Shown: positions 16,422 through 26,441, numbered from the stretch's first letter. The stretch: 32,000 nucleotides of DNA from Pseudodesulfovibrio piezophilus C1TLV30 (GCF_000341895.1 NC_020409.1:2640001-2672000); one strand, 5' to 3'. Program-made: numbers and translations. Notes: generated from the sequence alone by a model not told the origin.

Positions 16422-19283
16422 TTGCGGATTTTCATATTGGCTGGCAGGGAAATGGAAGAGCCATTTCTTGAGTGGGTGCTTGGTGATGCGGAAATGACAG
16501 TGGTCCGGTCCGCCACTGTATCACGGGGAATCAGGCGGCTGGAAGGGGTTTCTGCGGAGTGTGCTTTGATTGTGCCGGATACCGAGGATCGGACGTGGGT
16601 AAGAGCGATTCAGCGGGTTCGAAAGGAACACCGACTCCATTGCATCGTGTTAGGGAATGGCATTGAAGAAAAGGATGCTTTGGCCGCAGGTGCTTTTGAT
16701 GTTTTTGATCGCAAGGATGTCAGCCGGGAGATGATGGCCCGGAGTCTTCGTCATTTGCACGGGCGCATTGAGCTTGAGCAATCCCTTGAGCGAAAAAAGG
16801 CCGAATTGGACTGGGTCGAAGAAACTGCTCGGTTGGGAAGCTGGCAGTTGCAGATTGGTGGCAAGACAAATTGGTCACAAGGGTTGAAGAATATCTTGGG
16901 AGATGAAGGACGTCTGACAGGTGACTTCTCCAGTCTTCGTTCTTTTATTTATCCAGAGGATCGGGAAATATTCGATGCCGCCAATACCGCCACTTTCAGG
17001 CAGGGGTGGCCCTTGGATTTCGAGTATCGCATTGTCACTGATCAGGATTCGATTCGGTACCTCCATCTGCATAGGCGTGTGGAGCATGGGCAAGGTGGTC
17101 AGGTTGATAAGGCATTCGGCATGGTGCGGGACGTGACTGCAGAACGGGAATTCGAAAATTTTCTTTTCAAACGGGATGCGATTCTTCAGGTCGTGGGCAA
17201 GTTTGCCGAGCAATTCCTCCGTGAACCCAAGTGGGAAACCGGGATAGCCAGTGCCATGGAAGCTCTGGGTAAAGCGGTTCAGGTCTCCAGAACCTTTATC
17301 TTCCAGCTTGGAGACGAGATCGGGGGGGTACCGACAGCAACCATGATTCATGAGTGGACAGGGTCGGCGATGATGCCGCTTCTGGGTCGCTCGGAGGTTA
17401 GTAACCAGACGTTTTCACCGGTTTTTGACCGATGGCGGTCGATCTTGCGGAATCGTAAAGTCATTGCCGGTGTCATTCGAAATTTCCCATCCGATGAACG
17501 CCAGTATTTTCAGAAGACCGGAGCACGTTCGATCATGATCATTCCGGTGTTTGTTGGCCAGCGTTGGTGGGGCTTTATCGGGCTTTCCGAGCATGAAGAG
17601 GACCGGGAATGGGCACCGGTCGAGGTCGAGTCACTGACCATGGCGGCTGATATATTCGGTTCGGCCATCCAGCGTGAACGTATGGAACAGTTGTTGAAAA
17701 AAGCGAATCGTTCTGCGGAAGAAGCCAAGACCATAGCCCTGGACGCCAGTCGGGCCAAGAGTCGTTTCCTCGCCAATATGAGTCATGAAATTCGGACTCC
17801 CATCAGTGGAATCTTGGGTATGGCCGAAATGACTATCACCACGGGGTTGACCGCTGAGCAACGAAAGAACATGGATATGATACGGGATGCCTCCGGGGCG
17901 TTGCTTGCCATTGTCAACGATATCCTGGATCTTTCGAAAATTGAGGCTTTAAAGATGGACCTCAACCCGGAAGATTTTGATTTCCGGGCACTCATTGAGA
18001 CAACTATGAGTCCTTTTGCGTCCGAAGCCGAGGTCAAGTCGCTCCGCTTGCACCACAAGGTGGATGCAGAGGTCCCGATCACGGTCAATGGAGACCCGGA
18101 CAGGCTCGCGCAGATACTCAGGAATCTTGTCGGCAATGCCATGAAGTTTACCGAGAAGGGAGAAATCGCGCTGGATGTCACGGTGCAGGAATGGCTTGGG
18201 AATAGGGTCTGTTTGCTGTTGACGGTCAGGGATACTGGTAAGGGAATTGAGAAAGATTTGCATGACACCATTTTCGAGAGCTTTACACAGGCCGACAACT
18301 CAGTCCGCAAGAAGCATCAGGGGACCGGTCTGGGACTGACCATTTCCCGTGAACTTGCCAGGATGATGGGTGGCGAGATCAGTGTCGAAAGCGAACCGGG
18401 GCAGGGGAGCCTCTTCTCATTGACGGCATGGTTTGGACGGGTCAACAGAGCTGTGGGCAAAGGGGATACCGCCCCGATTTCCGTTCAGCACACATTGCAT
18501 CTGAATTTGCTTTTGGCCGAAGATAATGCGCTCAACCAGAAGTTCCTGACACATTTCCTGACTCTGTTCGGCCATTCGGTGACCGTCGCGGGAAATGGTA
18601 GGGAAGCACTCGAAATATTAGAGAAAAACGGGCGTAAGTTCGATCTCGTCCTCATGGATATTCAAATGCCGGAGATGGGGGGCATGGAGGCAACACGCGC
18701 CATTCGGGAATCCAATGGCAGACATTATGATGCGACACTTCCAATTATTGCTCTCACTGCATATGCCATGAAAGGAGACAAGGAACGGATGCTCGCTGCG
18801 GGGATGGACGATTATGTCAGCAAGCCTGTGGATATGAAGGAACTTTCCGCAGCTATCGCGCGGTCCGTGGCGTACCGGGATCGTGGCAGGAAAAAGGTTC
18901 CGTCTTTTTGCGCACCTGTGAACAGGGCGCAGAAAACGAAGCCGGTTCACCTCGATATGGAAAGTCTTGTAGAGCGCTTCGATGGAAACATGCCGCTTCT
19001 CAAGGAAATTCTGGAGCTGTTTCTGACAGAATCTGAAGAAAAACTCGTCGTATTGCAACACTCTTTGGCAGAGAGAAACCTTGTGGAAGTCGGTGCCGTA
19101 TTGCATTCCATCTCCAATATTGCCAGCCATGTACTGGCCATGGAGATCGTCACCCTGTCTCTTGAACTGGAGAAAGGGTGCAGCCAGGGTGAGATCGATA
19201 CTGTCATGGATGGGGTTGCCCGGCTTCGTCCTCGGTTCGAGTCTCTCGTGGAGGAAGTTCGGCGACGGCTTATCTCCTTATAA
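16422..19283 (+). CDS. hybrid sensor histidine kinase (REC-like, PAS, GAF, HisKA, HATPase_c, REC, HPt)
   Basis: 953 aa. TTG start follows GGAAAGGAGAGG. H-box FLANMSHEIRTPISGILGM, N/G boxes NLVGNAMKFT, DTGKGI, GTGLGLTISREL. Receiver LLLAEDNALNQ...LVLMDIQMPEMGG...KP. C-terminal HPt-like helix bundle. Confidence 0.9.
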   Translation: MRIFILAGREMEEPFLEWVLGDAEMTVVRSATVSRGIRRLEGVSAECALIVPDTEDRTWVRAIQRVRKEHRLHCIVLGNGIEEKDALAAGAFDVFDRKDVSREMMARSLRHLHGRIELEQSLERKKAELDWVEETARLGSWQLQIGGKTNWSQGLKNILGDEGRLTGDFSSLRSFIYPEDREIFDAANTATFRQGWPLDFEYRIVTDQDSIRYLHLHRRVEHGQGGQVDKAFGMVRDVTAEREFENFLFKRDAILQVVGKFAEQFLREPKWETGIASAMEALGKAVQVSRTFIFQLGDEIGGVPTATMIHEWTGSAMMPLLGRSEVSNQTFSPVFDRWRSILRNRKVIAGVIRNFPSDERQYFQKTGARSIMIIPVFVGQRWWGFIGLSEHEEDREWAPVEVESLTMAADIFGSAIQRERMEQLLKKANRSAEEAKTIALDASRAKSRFLANMSHEIRTPISGILGMAEMTITTGLTAEQRKNMDMIRDASGALLAIVNDILDLSKIEALKMDLNPEDFDFRALIETTMSPFASEAEVKSLRLHHKVDAEVPITVNGDPDRLAQILRNLVGNAMKFTEKGEIALDVTVQEWLGNRVCLLLTVRDTGKGIEKDLHDTIFESFTQADNSVRKKHQGTGLGLTISRELARMMGGEISVESEPGQGSLFSLTAWFGRVNRAVGKGDTAPISVQHTLHLNLLLAEDNALNQKFLTHFLTLFGHSVTVAGNGREALEILEKNGRKFDLVLMDIQMPEMGGMEATRAIRESNGRHYDATLPIIALTAYAMKGDKERMLAAGMDDYVSKPVDMKELSAAIARSVAYRDRGRKKVPSFCAPVNRAQKTKPVHLDMESLVERFDGNMPLLKEILELFLTESEEKLVVLQHSLAERNLVEVGAVLHSISNIASHVLAMEIVTLSLELEKGCSQGEIDTVMDGVARLRPRFESLVEEVRRRLISL

Positions 19284-19379
19284 GCCTTTGTCCCATTGCC
19301 TTTTTCATAATGAACGACTACAAAGAAGGGACCCCTCTTCCTCTTTCAGGAAGGGGGCAAACGAGGGGGGTGGACTCGG

Positions 19380-20048
19380 ATGCTTGTCAGAGATTGGATG
19401 ACGGTCAATGTCATCTCATTGGGAGTAAACTCCTCGGTCATGGATGCGGCGGAAATTCTACGCGAAAAGAATATCAGGCAATTCCCTGTTATTGATAATA
19501 AAGCCCGCTTGGTCGGCATTGTTTCAGACAGAGATATTCGCGATGCCATGCCTTCAAAATTCCTCCCAGGTGACGCAGTGTGTGAAAGGGGCGGGGGGCT
19601 GTATACCTTGACTGCCGGGGATATCATGACGCTTGATCCGATCACGGTTCCGTCCGATACCGCAGTCGATGAAGTGGCCAATATCCTGGTACAGCATAAA
19701 GTCGGTGGCTTGCCTGTCGTGGATGGGGGTGAGTTGATGGGAATTATCACCCAGGCAGATGTCCTTCGCTTTTTGTGTGCGGCATCGGGAGCCATGCGAT
19801 CAAGTGTTCAGCTTGCTTTCCGGCTTGCGACCCGACCTTCTGCGCTCACGGAGCTTCTTGTGGATATCCAGGCCATGGGATTGGTTGTCAGTAATGTCTT
19901 TACTGCCAATGATGGGAATTCCAGAAAGGCCTATATCCGTATCGAGCGGTTGCAGGATAAGTCTATTGAACAGGTGATGGATGCGCTTCAGGGAAAGTAC
20001 ACGGTTCTTTTTTATGTCAATGAAGGCGTGACAGTGGACGTCAGTTGA
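19380..20048 (+). CDS. CBS-pair protein with an ACT-like C-terminal domain (AcuB-like architecture)
   Basis: 222 aa. Two CBS motifs (VRDWMTVNVISL...FPVIDNKARLVGIVSDRDI and AGDIMTLDPITV...LPVVDGGELMGIITQADV), then a ~75-aa alpha/beta C-terminus. Confidence 0.85.
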   Translation: MLVRDWMTVNVISLGVNSSVMDAAEILREKNIRQFPVIDNKARLVGIVSDRDIRDAMPSKFLPGDAVCERGGGLYTLTAGDIMTLDPITVPSDTAVDEVANILVQHKVGGLPVVDGGELMGIITQADVLRFLCAASGAMRSSVQLAFRLATRPSALTELLVDIQAMGLVVSNVFTANDGNSRKAYIRIERLQDKSIEQVMDALQGKYTVLFYVNEGVTVDVS

Positions 20049-20064
20049 TACTTATTTTTGTTGT

Positions 20065-20101
20065 AAAAAAGGCCCGTTCGCATAGAGAACGGGCCTTTTC
20101 A
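20065..20101. terminator. bidirectional rho-independent terminator
   Basis: A6, GGCCCGTTC (20071-20079), 7-nt loop, GAACGGGCC (20087-20095), TTTTCATT. Lies between convergent genes. Confidence 0.8.
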
Positions 20102-20112
20102 TTGTGTTCTGT

Positions 20113-20481
20113 TTAATCTGCGAGGGCTGCTTTGACGGTCTCGACGAGCTTGCGGGTATCGATGGGTTTGGTGAAGGTTTCCACCACATCGAAGACTTTG
20201 GCCAGCTCGACAATGGCTTCGGGGTTGAAGGCTTCACCACCGGATATGGCGATGAACTTGTGTGATTTATCTGATTTGATCAATTCTCCCATGACCTGAA
20301 GGCCGCCTTTCTTGGGGAGAAATATGTCGATGATGCTCAGGTCGATGTCCCTATCCTGACAAAGACGAATGGCCTCTTCCCCGTCTGCGGCTTCCACAAT
20401 GGCAAAGCCTTCAGCTTCGAGCACGGACTTGAGCAGTTCCCGGATCATCGGCGCGTCATCTACTATCAATATGTTTTTCAT
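20113..20481 (-). CDS. single-domain CheY-like response regulator
   Basis: 122 aa. ILIVDDAPMIRE, DLSIIDIFLPKKGG, KP near the C-terminus. No output domain. Confidence 0.9.
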   Translation of the reverse strand: MKNILIVDDAPMIRELLKSVLEAEGFAIVEAADGEEAIRLCQDRDIDLSIIDIFLPKKGGLQVMGELIKSDKSHKFIAISGGEAFNPEAIVELAKVFDVVETFTKPIDTRKLVETVKAALAD

Positions 20482-20521
20482 TCTCGGTCTCCTTGGAAAG
20501 TTGGCTATCCGTTATTCGATA

Positions 20522-22942
20522 TTAAGTATCCCTCTCGCCCTCGATGAACTGTAGCGCAGAAAACACTTCGGATTCAAGGGTTTTGAATTCACGCTCCGCA
20601 GAGGGGGTGTCTTTTTGTTTGCAGAAAAATTCCATCTGTTCTGCCACGGCTCCGGCCCGTCTGGCTCCGACTGTTCTGGCAGAGCCTTTTATGGAGTGAG
20701 CCAGACGTCTGGCATTTTCCCAATCCTTGCCCAGGATACCTTCCTTCAATTCCTGTATTTCTTCAGGAACATCCCGCAGGAATATTTCATCCATTCTGTC
20801 GAGCAGATCCTTGCGTCCGGCAAGCATATCCAAGGCTCCGGGCCTGTCAAAGGAATCGGCGTGGCCGTGGTTCGGTTCCGGTTCGGTCGGGGTGGTGTTG
20901 CCAAGAGGAGCAGCCCCCTGCATGGCCCTGTTCAAAGTCTTGTGGAATTCAGTGAGCTTGATGGGTTTGGCTATGTAGTCATTCATGCCCGCCTCAAGGA
21001 AACGTTCCCTGTCCCCCTTGAGCGCGTGCGCGGTAATGGCGACAATGGGGATGGACGGGTTAAGTGCGCCCGAGTTCGGGTCACGGATGGCACGGGTCGC
21101 GGTGATACCGTCCATAATCGGCATCTGGACATCCATGAGGATGAGGTCGAATTGCTCTTCCTTGACTGCCTCCAGAGCCTGTGCGCCGTTAACGACCGTG
21201 ACACAGGTGTGGCCTTGTTCTCCAAGGAGTGTGGAAACAAGCTTGAGATTGAGCGCATTGTCGTCGGCCAAAAGAATCTTGAGGTGTGGCGTTGCGGCAG
21301 TCGCCGCGGTTTCAGCGTCCTTGGCTTCTTTGGTCACTATTGAAAGATTGCCAATGGTGAAATGGGCTGTGAAGGAGAAGGTGCTCCCCACGCCCTCTTC
21401 GCTGGTCACGTCAAGCGCTCCCTGCATCAGCTCCACCAAAAGTGAACAGATGGCCAATCCAAGGCCGGTGCCGCCATGTTTTCGCGTGACGGAATCATCG
21501 GCTTGGAGAAAGGACTTGAAAATGGCTTGTTGTTTGTCCTTAGGAATGCCGATACCTGTATCTGTCACAGCGAATTGCAGGGTAACGTCATCGCCCTCTT
21601 TGGGAGATTCCGGCCCTTCCTTCAATGAAATGGCAATATCCACACCGCCGATTTCAGTGAATTTGACGGCATTGGAAGTTAAGTTGATGAGGACCTGTTT
21701 GAGCCTGGATGGGTCTCCTACGAGGATGTTCGGGACATTTTCCGCGATGCTGTAGTGAAGGTCCAATCCTTTCTCGGAAGTCATGAGGTGGTGTATGTCC
21801 ATGGTTGAATCCAGAGCGGCCCGCAGATCGAAATCGATTTTTTCAAGGGTGAGTTTGCGTGCTTCGATCTTGGAAAAATCAAGGATATCATTAATAACCG
21901 AGAGAAGGGAGTTGCCTGCTTCGCCCACCCGCTTCAGATAGCCGTTTTTCTTATCGAGATCATCGGTCAGTATGGCGAGCTCGGTCATGCCGAGGACCGC
22001 ATTGAGAGGCGTGCGTATCTCATGGCTCATATTGGCAAGAAACGAGGATTTCGCCCGAGTGGCGGCGTCTGCCTTTTTCATGGCCGAGACCAGACGTGTG
22101 GATTTGCTGGTCAGCTCGCTATTGGCTTTCTCCAGCTCCTTGGTACGCTGGCGGACCCTGTCTTCAAGTTTGTCGTGGGCAATTTTGAGCGCGTCTTCCG
22201 CTCTTTTACGGCCAGTGATATCGATGCCGAGAACCATGATCATCCGCTCGCCGCCGGAATCGGTCATGGGACTGCATTGCAGGTGAAAGGTTCGGCCCTT
22301 GTTGTCAGTCCAGTCCCACTCAACCGCACGGTCCATCTCCATGGCTCCCATGGGGGGGCATGCCGTGCAGTTTTCATCCGCGCATTGAAGAGCTTCCATG
22401 CAGCTTTTCCCCTTGGGACTGCCGAAGTATTTTCTGAAGTAGCGGTTGGCATAACGAATGGTCTTGTCCGGGTACAGGTGATAGACAATTCCGGGGAGGG
22501 ATTCCATGAAGAATATCTGTCGTTGCTGTTCACGGCGGAGGTCCTCATCACTTCTGCGAAGTTCCGTCAGATCCAGTGTGGAGACCGCCAATCGGGCAAC
22601 TTCGCCCCATGGGTTGGCGACGGGGACAATGGAGTGAACCAGGGCTCGTCCTTCGATCTCTTCCTCGAATCTGAGGGGGGAGACCCTGTCCGTGGCTTCC
22701 TGGATTTTTTCCCTTCTGATGGTCGCGGATTCCTCCGACATCAGGTCATAGATGCTTGATTGTTCAAGATCACACCCCTTTTTCATACCGAACATCTTGG
22801 CAGCCGCATCATTGGCTGCAAGAACATATCCGCAGATATCCATGACGTAGGCTGCTTCGACTGCGGAGTCGAGCAAGGCTCTTGATGTCTCATCCAGTGA
22901 GACATAGGAGGTCGGTTTGGCAGGCTTTCTGTTCATTCCCAT
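20522..22942 (-). CDS. hybrid sensor histidine kinase (PAS, Cys-rich PAS, HisKA, HATPase_c, REC, HPt)
   Basis: 806 aa. H-box FLANMSHEIRTPLNAVLGM, G-box GTGLGLAICSLL, receiver ILLADDNALN...LILMDVQMPIMDG...KP, HPt AHSIKGSARTVGA. Confidence 0.9.
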   Translation of the reverse strand: MGMNRKPAKPTSYVSLDETSRALLDSAVEAAYVMDICGYVLAANDAAAKMFGMKKGCDLEQSSIYDLMSEESATIRREKIQEATDRVSPLRFEEEIEGRALVHSIVPVANPWGEVARLAVSTLDLTELRRSDEDLRREQQRQIFFMESLPGIVYHLYPDKTIRYANRYFRKYFGSPKGKSCMEALQCADENCTACPPMGAMEMDRAVEWDWTDNKGRTFHLQCSPMTDSGGERMIMVLGIDITGRKRAEDALKIAHDKLEDRVRQRTKELEKANSELTSKSTRLVSAMKKADAATRAKSSFLANMSHEIRTPLNAVLGMTELAILTDDLDKKNGYLKRVGEAGNSLLSVINDILDFSKIEARKLTLEKIDFDLRAALDSTMDIHHLMTSEKGLDLHYSIAENVPNILVGDPSRLKQVLINLTSNAVKFTEIGGVDIAISLKEGPESPKEGDDVTLQFAVTDTGIGIPKDKQQAIFKSFLQADDSVTRKHGGTGLGLAICSLLVELMQGALDVTSEEGVGSTFSFTAHFTIGNLSIVTKEAKDAETAATAATPHLKILLADDNALNLKLVSTLLGEQGHTCVTVVNGAQALEAVKEEQFDLILMDVQMPIMDGITATRAIRDPNSGALNPSIPIVAITAHALKGDRERFLEAGMNDYIAKPIKLTEFHKTLNRAMQGAAPLGNTTPTEPEPNHGHADSFDRPGALDMLAGRKDLLDRMDEIFLRDVPEEIQELKEGILGKDWENARRLAHSIKGSARTVGARRAGAVAEQMEFFCKQKDTPSAEREFKTLESEVFSALQFIEGERDT

Positions 22943-22957
22943 ATGGACTCCATCGCG

Positions 22958-25279
22958 TTATTCCTTGAGGCTGGCGATGACTTTACGTGTTTCTTCGGCC
23001 AACAAACTCAGCTCCCTGGTCGCGTTCATGGCCTCTGCCATTTCCGTGACTGTCCTGGAAGCGATGTCGTTGACCAATTCGATGTTGCGTCCCATTTCCT
23101 CGGTTGTGGCGGACTGTTCTTCCGATGCAGACGCAATACTGGTAACCTGAGCCGCATTGCTGGAAACAAGGTCAACGATTTCCGAAAGGGTCGAGCCTGA
23201 CAAATTGGCCTTTTCCGAGGCTTCCCCCGCAGCTTTTGCCGATGCTTCGACACGAGTTATGTTGACCTGAGCCGAGTTTTGGATGGCTCGTATATTCTCT
23301 CCGACTTCACTGGTGGCGTCCATGGTCTTTTCTGCCAGTTTTCGCACTTCATCGGCTACAACGGAAAATCCTCGGCCCGCTTCTCCGGCCCGAGCGGCTT
23401 CAATGGCGGCATTCAAGGCCAGAAGGTTGGTTTGGTCAGCAATATCGGTGATGACATTCATGACCTTGCCGACTGCATCCGCCTGTCCACCCAGCTCGGC
23501 CATGGAAAGTTTGAGTTCTTCAATACCCTGACGAACCTTGGCAATCGTTCTGACGGCATCATCGACAATGGCGGCTCCGTTATTGGCCGTATTGCGGGCG
23601 TCGTCCGCACTGCTCGCCGCCTCAGCTGCATTGCTGGCAACGTTCAGAACGACTTCGTGCATCTCGTTCATGCCGACCATGGTTTTGTTCAGGGTATTTC
23701 GCTGGTCTTCCGCGCCGTCGGTGACGGTACGGAACTGGGTCGAAAGCTCTTCTGCCTTGGCCGTCATGGACTTGGAACCTTGCATGGCAGCTTTGGCGAC
23801 TTCATTCATGCGGTCAAGCAGCTTATTCAATTGGCCGACATGATCCTGAACCCTGGTCAAGGTGGATTCGGCTTTATCAGCCTGTTCCTTGGCATCCTTC
23901 GCACTTTCATTGGATTTTTCCATGTTTTCCTTCACCGATGTCCGCATGGCTTCCAGAGCCAGCCTGAGATTGCCAATTCGTCCTATGAAGCGGCCATCGA
24001 TCCGGGCTTCCAAATTCCCGTTGTCCACTTCTTTGGCAAAGTCGGTCAGCCGGGAAAGGGGGATATTGACATCTCGTCTGAACAACCAGATGAAAGCCAT
24101 GCCAAGAACGGCGGCTATGAAGAGGTTCGCACCGGAAATTCCCGTGAGCGTCGAGCGGATGTGCTTGTGGAAGAAGTCGCGCTCCTGGCCGACACTCGCG
24201 GAGATATCGTCGATATACACTCCCATGCCGATTATCCAACCCCATGGCTCAAACCGTTGAACATAGGAGAGTTTGGGGAGTCTGGCATCAGTGACACCTC
24301 CACCTTGAACGGGTTTGGGCCAAAGGTAGGTGACGAACCCTTTTCCAGTCCCTTCAGTAGCGGTCACCATGGCCGCAAAGAGGTTGACTGTGCCGTCGGT
24401 CTCTACTGGCATGGCTTCCAGCCCGTCCTGATATTGTGTGGCGCATTTGTATTTCGGGTTATCGAGAGGTTTGCCGTCTAGCCCCGGTGACGTTGGATGC
24501 ATGATCATGTTCGGCGTGGGACGGGATGTGTCGTTGATCCAGAAATAACCACCGTCCGGCAAGCGCATTTTCCGAAGAGCCTCCAGAGCCTCGACTTGCA
24601 TTTGCTCCTCGATGTCTTCGAGCCATGCCCCTGTGCCGAATATCCAGTTCAGCCCCGGCAGCAGGCGAACATAGGAAATTTTGGGTTTGGGTTCTTGCTC
24701 ACCGGGTTTGGTCCACATGTAGCTGACCACTCCTTCACCATATTTTTTACACACCGTTACCATTTCGTTGAAGAGCGGTGTCCCGGCCGGATCCTTGAAT
24801 CCCGAGAGATCCTGTCCGTTCAGGGCTGGTTTTATCGGATGCATGATCATGGCCGGCGTCATGTCGTTGATCCAGATATAGTTGCCGCCGTCATATCGTA
24901 CGGCAGCGACCATGGAGGCCAGAGTCTGTTCCAGTTCAGCCTGCGGCATGGTGTCCTTGTTGGCCGTATACAAATTGAGCGCCTGACTGTAGACCGCATC
25001 AAGAATCTTTTTCAGTTCGTCATGCTTGCGTTGTTTGAGCTTCTCAAGGTTTTTTGATTCATCATAAAAGCGAGTTATGGTGGTGTAACCAAGGCTGACA
25101 AGATGCTGGAGCTCGCTTTTCCTTCGGCCGTAGATGTTCTTTTCGGTTCGATTGGCACTGTCCTGGGCAAATTGGGTCAGGCTCAGGGAGAAGTACCCCA
25201 TACTCAGGGCGAATGAGGCCAAAAGCATGACCGCGAGAAAGAATATGACCCGGCCCTGAATTGAATTGAAGAATTTCAT
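22958..25279 (-). CDS. methyl-accepting chemotaxis protein with a tandem Cache-type periplasmic sensor
   Basis: ATG at 25279 gives [25 protein letters not shown] (TM1). The ~400-aa periplasmic region has two similar modules ([25 protein letters not shown] and [28 protein letters not shown]). TM2, HAMP and the conserved MCP tip follow. The ORF-track start at 25447 adds 56 unlikely residues. Confidence 0.9.
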   Translation of the reverse strand: MKFFNSIQGRVIFFLAVMLLASFALSMGYFSLSLTQFAQDSANRTEKNIYGRRKSELQHLVSLGYTTITRFYDESKNLEKLKQRKHDELKKILDAVYSQALNLYTANKDTMPQAELEQTLASMVAAVRYDGGNYIWINDMTPAMIMHPIKPALNGQDLSGFKDPAGTPLFNEMVTVCKKYGEGVVSYMWTKPGEQEPKPKISYVRLLPGLNWIFGTGAWLEDIEEQMQVEALEALRKMRLPDGGYFWINDTSRPTPNMIMHPTSPGLDGKPLDNPKYKCATQYQDGLEAMPVETDGTVNLFAAMVTATEGTGKGFVTYLWPKPVQGGGVTDARLPKLSYVQRFEPWGWIIGMGVYIDDISASVGQERDFFHKHIRSTLTGISGANLFIAAVLGMAFIWLFRRDVNIPLSRLTDFAKEVDNGNLEARIDGRFIGRIGNLRLALEAMRTSVKENMEKSNESAKDAKEQADKAESTLTRVQDHVGQLNKLLDRMNEVAKAAMQGSKSMTAKAEELSTQFRTVTDGAEDQRNTLNKTMVGMNEMHEVVLNVASNAAEAASSADDARNTANNGAAIVDDAVRTIAKVRQGIEELKLSMAELGGQADAVGKVMNVITDIADQTNLLALNAAIEAARAGEAGRGFSVVADEVRKLAEKTMDATSEVGENIRAIQNSAQVNITRVEASAKAAGEASEKANLSGSTLSEIVDLVSSNAAQVTSIASASEEQSATTEEMGRNIELVNDIASRTVTEMAEAMNATRELSLLAEETRKVIASLKE

Positions 25280-25478
25280 TCGAGCATCCCTTGCGATTTG
25301 TCCCATCCGACAGGCGAATCGGGTATGATCCCAAAAAAACATTCCGTGACTTTTCCACTCATACTCAGAATAGAGAAAGGTGGCACTTTGGTCAAACCCA
25401 ATGGCATTATTTCGCGTTATTACATTGAAGGTTTTGCTTGTGGGCAAATCAGACGGAGCTTTTCAACCGTGATTCCTG

Positions 25479-26363
25479 GTGGTATTGGACCGCATGGATT
25501 ATCAGGGAACACTTATTCGACCTCCGAGCGAGGCCGGGAGCATCCTGCTTCAAGTGACGCTTGGGTGCTCTCATGGCAAGTGTGCTTTTTGCGGGGCTTA
25601 CCTCGATAAGAAATTTGCCATCAAGGACCAGGACGTTGTTTGGCGGGACCTGGCGTTTGCGGCAACCCATTGCCGGCGGCAGCGGCGTCTCTTCCTCTGC
25701 GATGGTGATGCCCTGATTCTTCCTCAGTCGTATCTTCTTGATATCCTCGCTCGGATCAGGGGACAGCTGCCTTGGGTCACTCGTGTCGGTTCCTATGCCA
25801 ACGCCAAAAGCATTGCGCGAAAAACTGATCAGGAGCTTCTTGAGCTCAGGCAGGCCGGACTCGGGATACTCTACATGGGGGTGGAGTCTGGAGATGATGC
25901 TATCCTGCGCAGCATGAACAAGTATGGAGAGAGTGCCACTCTTGTCGAGCAAGGCCAGCGAGTCCGACTTGCGGGGATCAAGTTGAACGTCACAGTTATC
26001 AATGGTCTCGGTGGAGTGGAACATTCCCTGTCCCATGCTCGGGAAACCGCTCGTGCTCTGACTGTCATGGACCCGGATCAGATCGGAGCCCTTTCACTGA
26101 TGCTCGTGCCGGGGACCCCTTTGCATACTCTCCATGCGCAGGGAGATTTCCTTGTGCCGGATGCTCTCGGCATGCTGGCGGAGCTTCGGGAGATGCTTTC
26201 CGGAATCCATTTGAGCAAGGGGCTGTTCCTCGCCAACCATGCTTCAAACTATCTGCCTCTCAAAGTGCGTTTGCCGTCCGGCAAAGCCAAGGCACTGCAA
26301 GAACTTGATGCAGCCTTGGCAGGATATCGGAGGTTACGGCCGGAGTCTGTGCGCGCCCTCTAG
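25479..26363 (+). CDS. radical SAM (Elp3/MiaB-like core) protein of unknown function
   Basis: 294 aa. Cys triad GCSHGKCAFCGAY (25566-25592), GVESG-type motif LYMGVESGDD, TIM-barrel-like length. True start may be ATG 25494. Confidence 0.85.
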   Translation: MVLDRMDYQGTLIRPPSEAGSILLQVTLGCSHGKCAFCGAYLDKKFAIKDQDVVWRDLAFAATHCRRQRRLFLCDGDALILPQSYLLDILARIRGQLPWVTRVGSYANAKSIARKTDQELLELRQAGLGILYMGVESGDDAILRSMNKYGESATLVEQGQRVRLAGIKLNVTVINGLGGVEHSLSHARETARALTVMDPDQIGALSLMLVPGTPLHTLHAQGDFLVPDALGMLAELREMLSGIHLSKGLFLANHASNYLPLKVRLPSGKAKALQELDAALAGYRRLRPESVRAL

Positions 26364-26441
26364 AGAAGTCGAAAAGACACTCTCCGAGAGTGGTTTCACC
26401 TTTGGCGAAATTTCAATCTGATTTTCAAGACATGTCCTTTC

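Noticed and set aside
20615-22759. Plus-strand ORFs of 242-256 aa antisense to the hybrid kinase. Similar antisense ORFs occur at 4737..5426 (opposite the pump), 27051..27884 and 29136..30026 (opposite fdhB and fdhA), 6146..6715, and 10556..10924
   Set aside because: All are shadow ORFs opposite strongly supported genes. None has a recognisable motif or plausible translation signals.
25381-25396. TGGCACtttggTCAAA upstream of the radical-SAM gene as a sigma54 promoter
   Set aside because: The -24 half is perfect, but there is no GC at -12 (TCAA).
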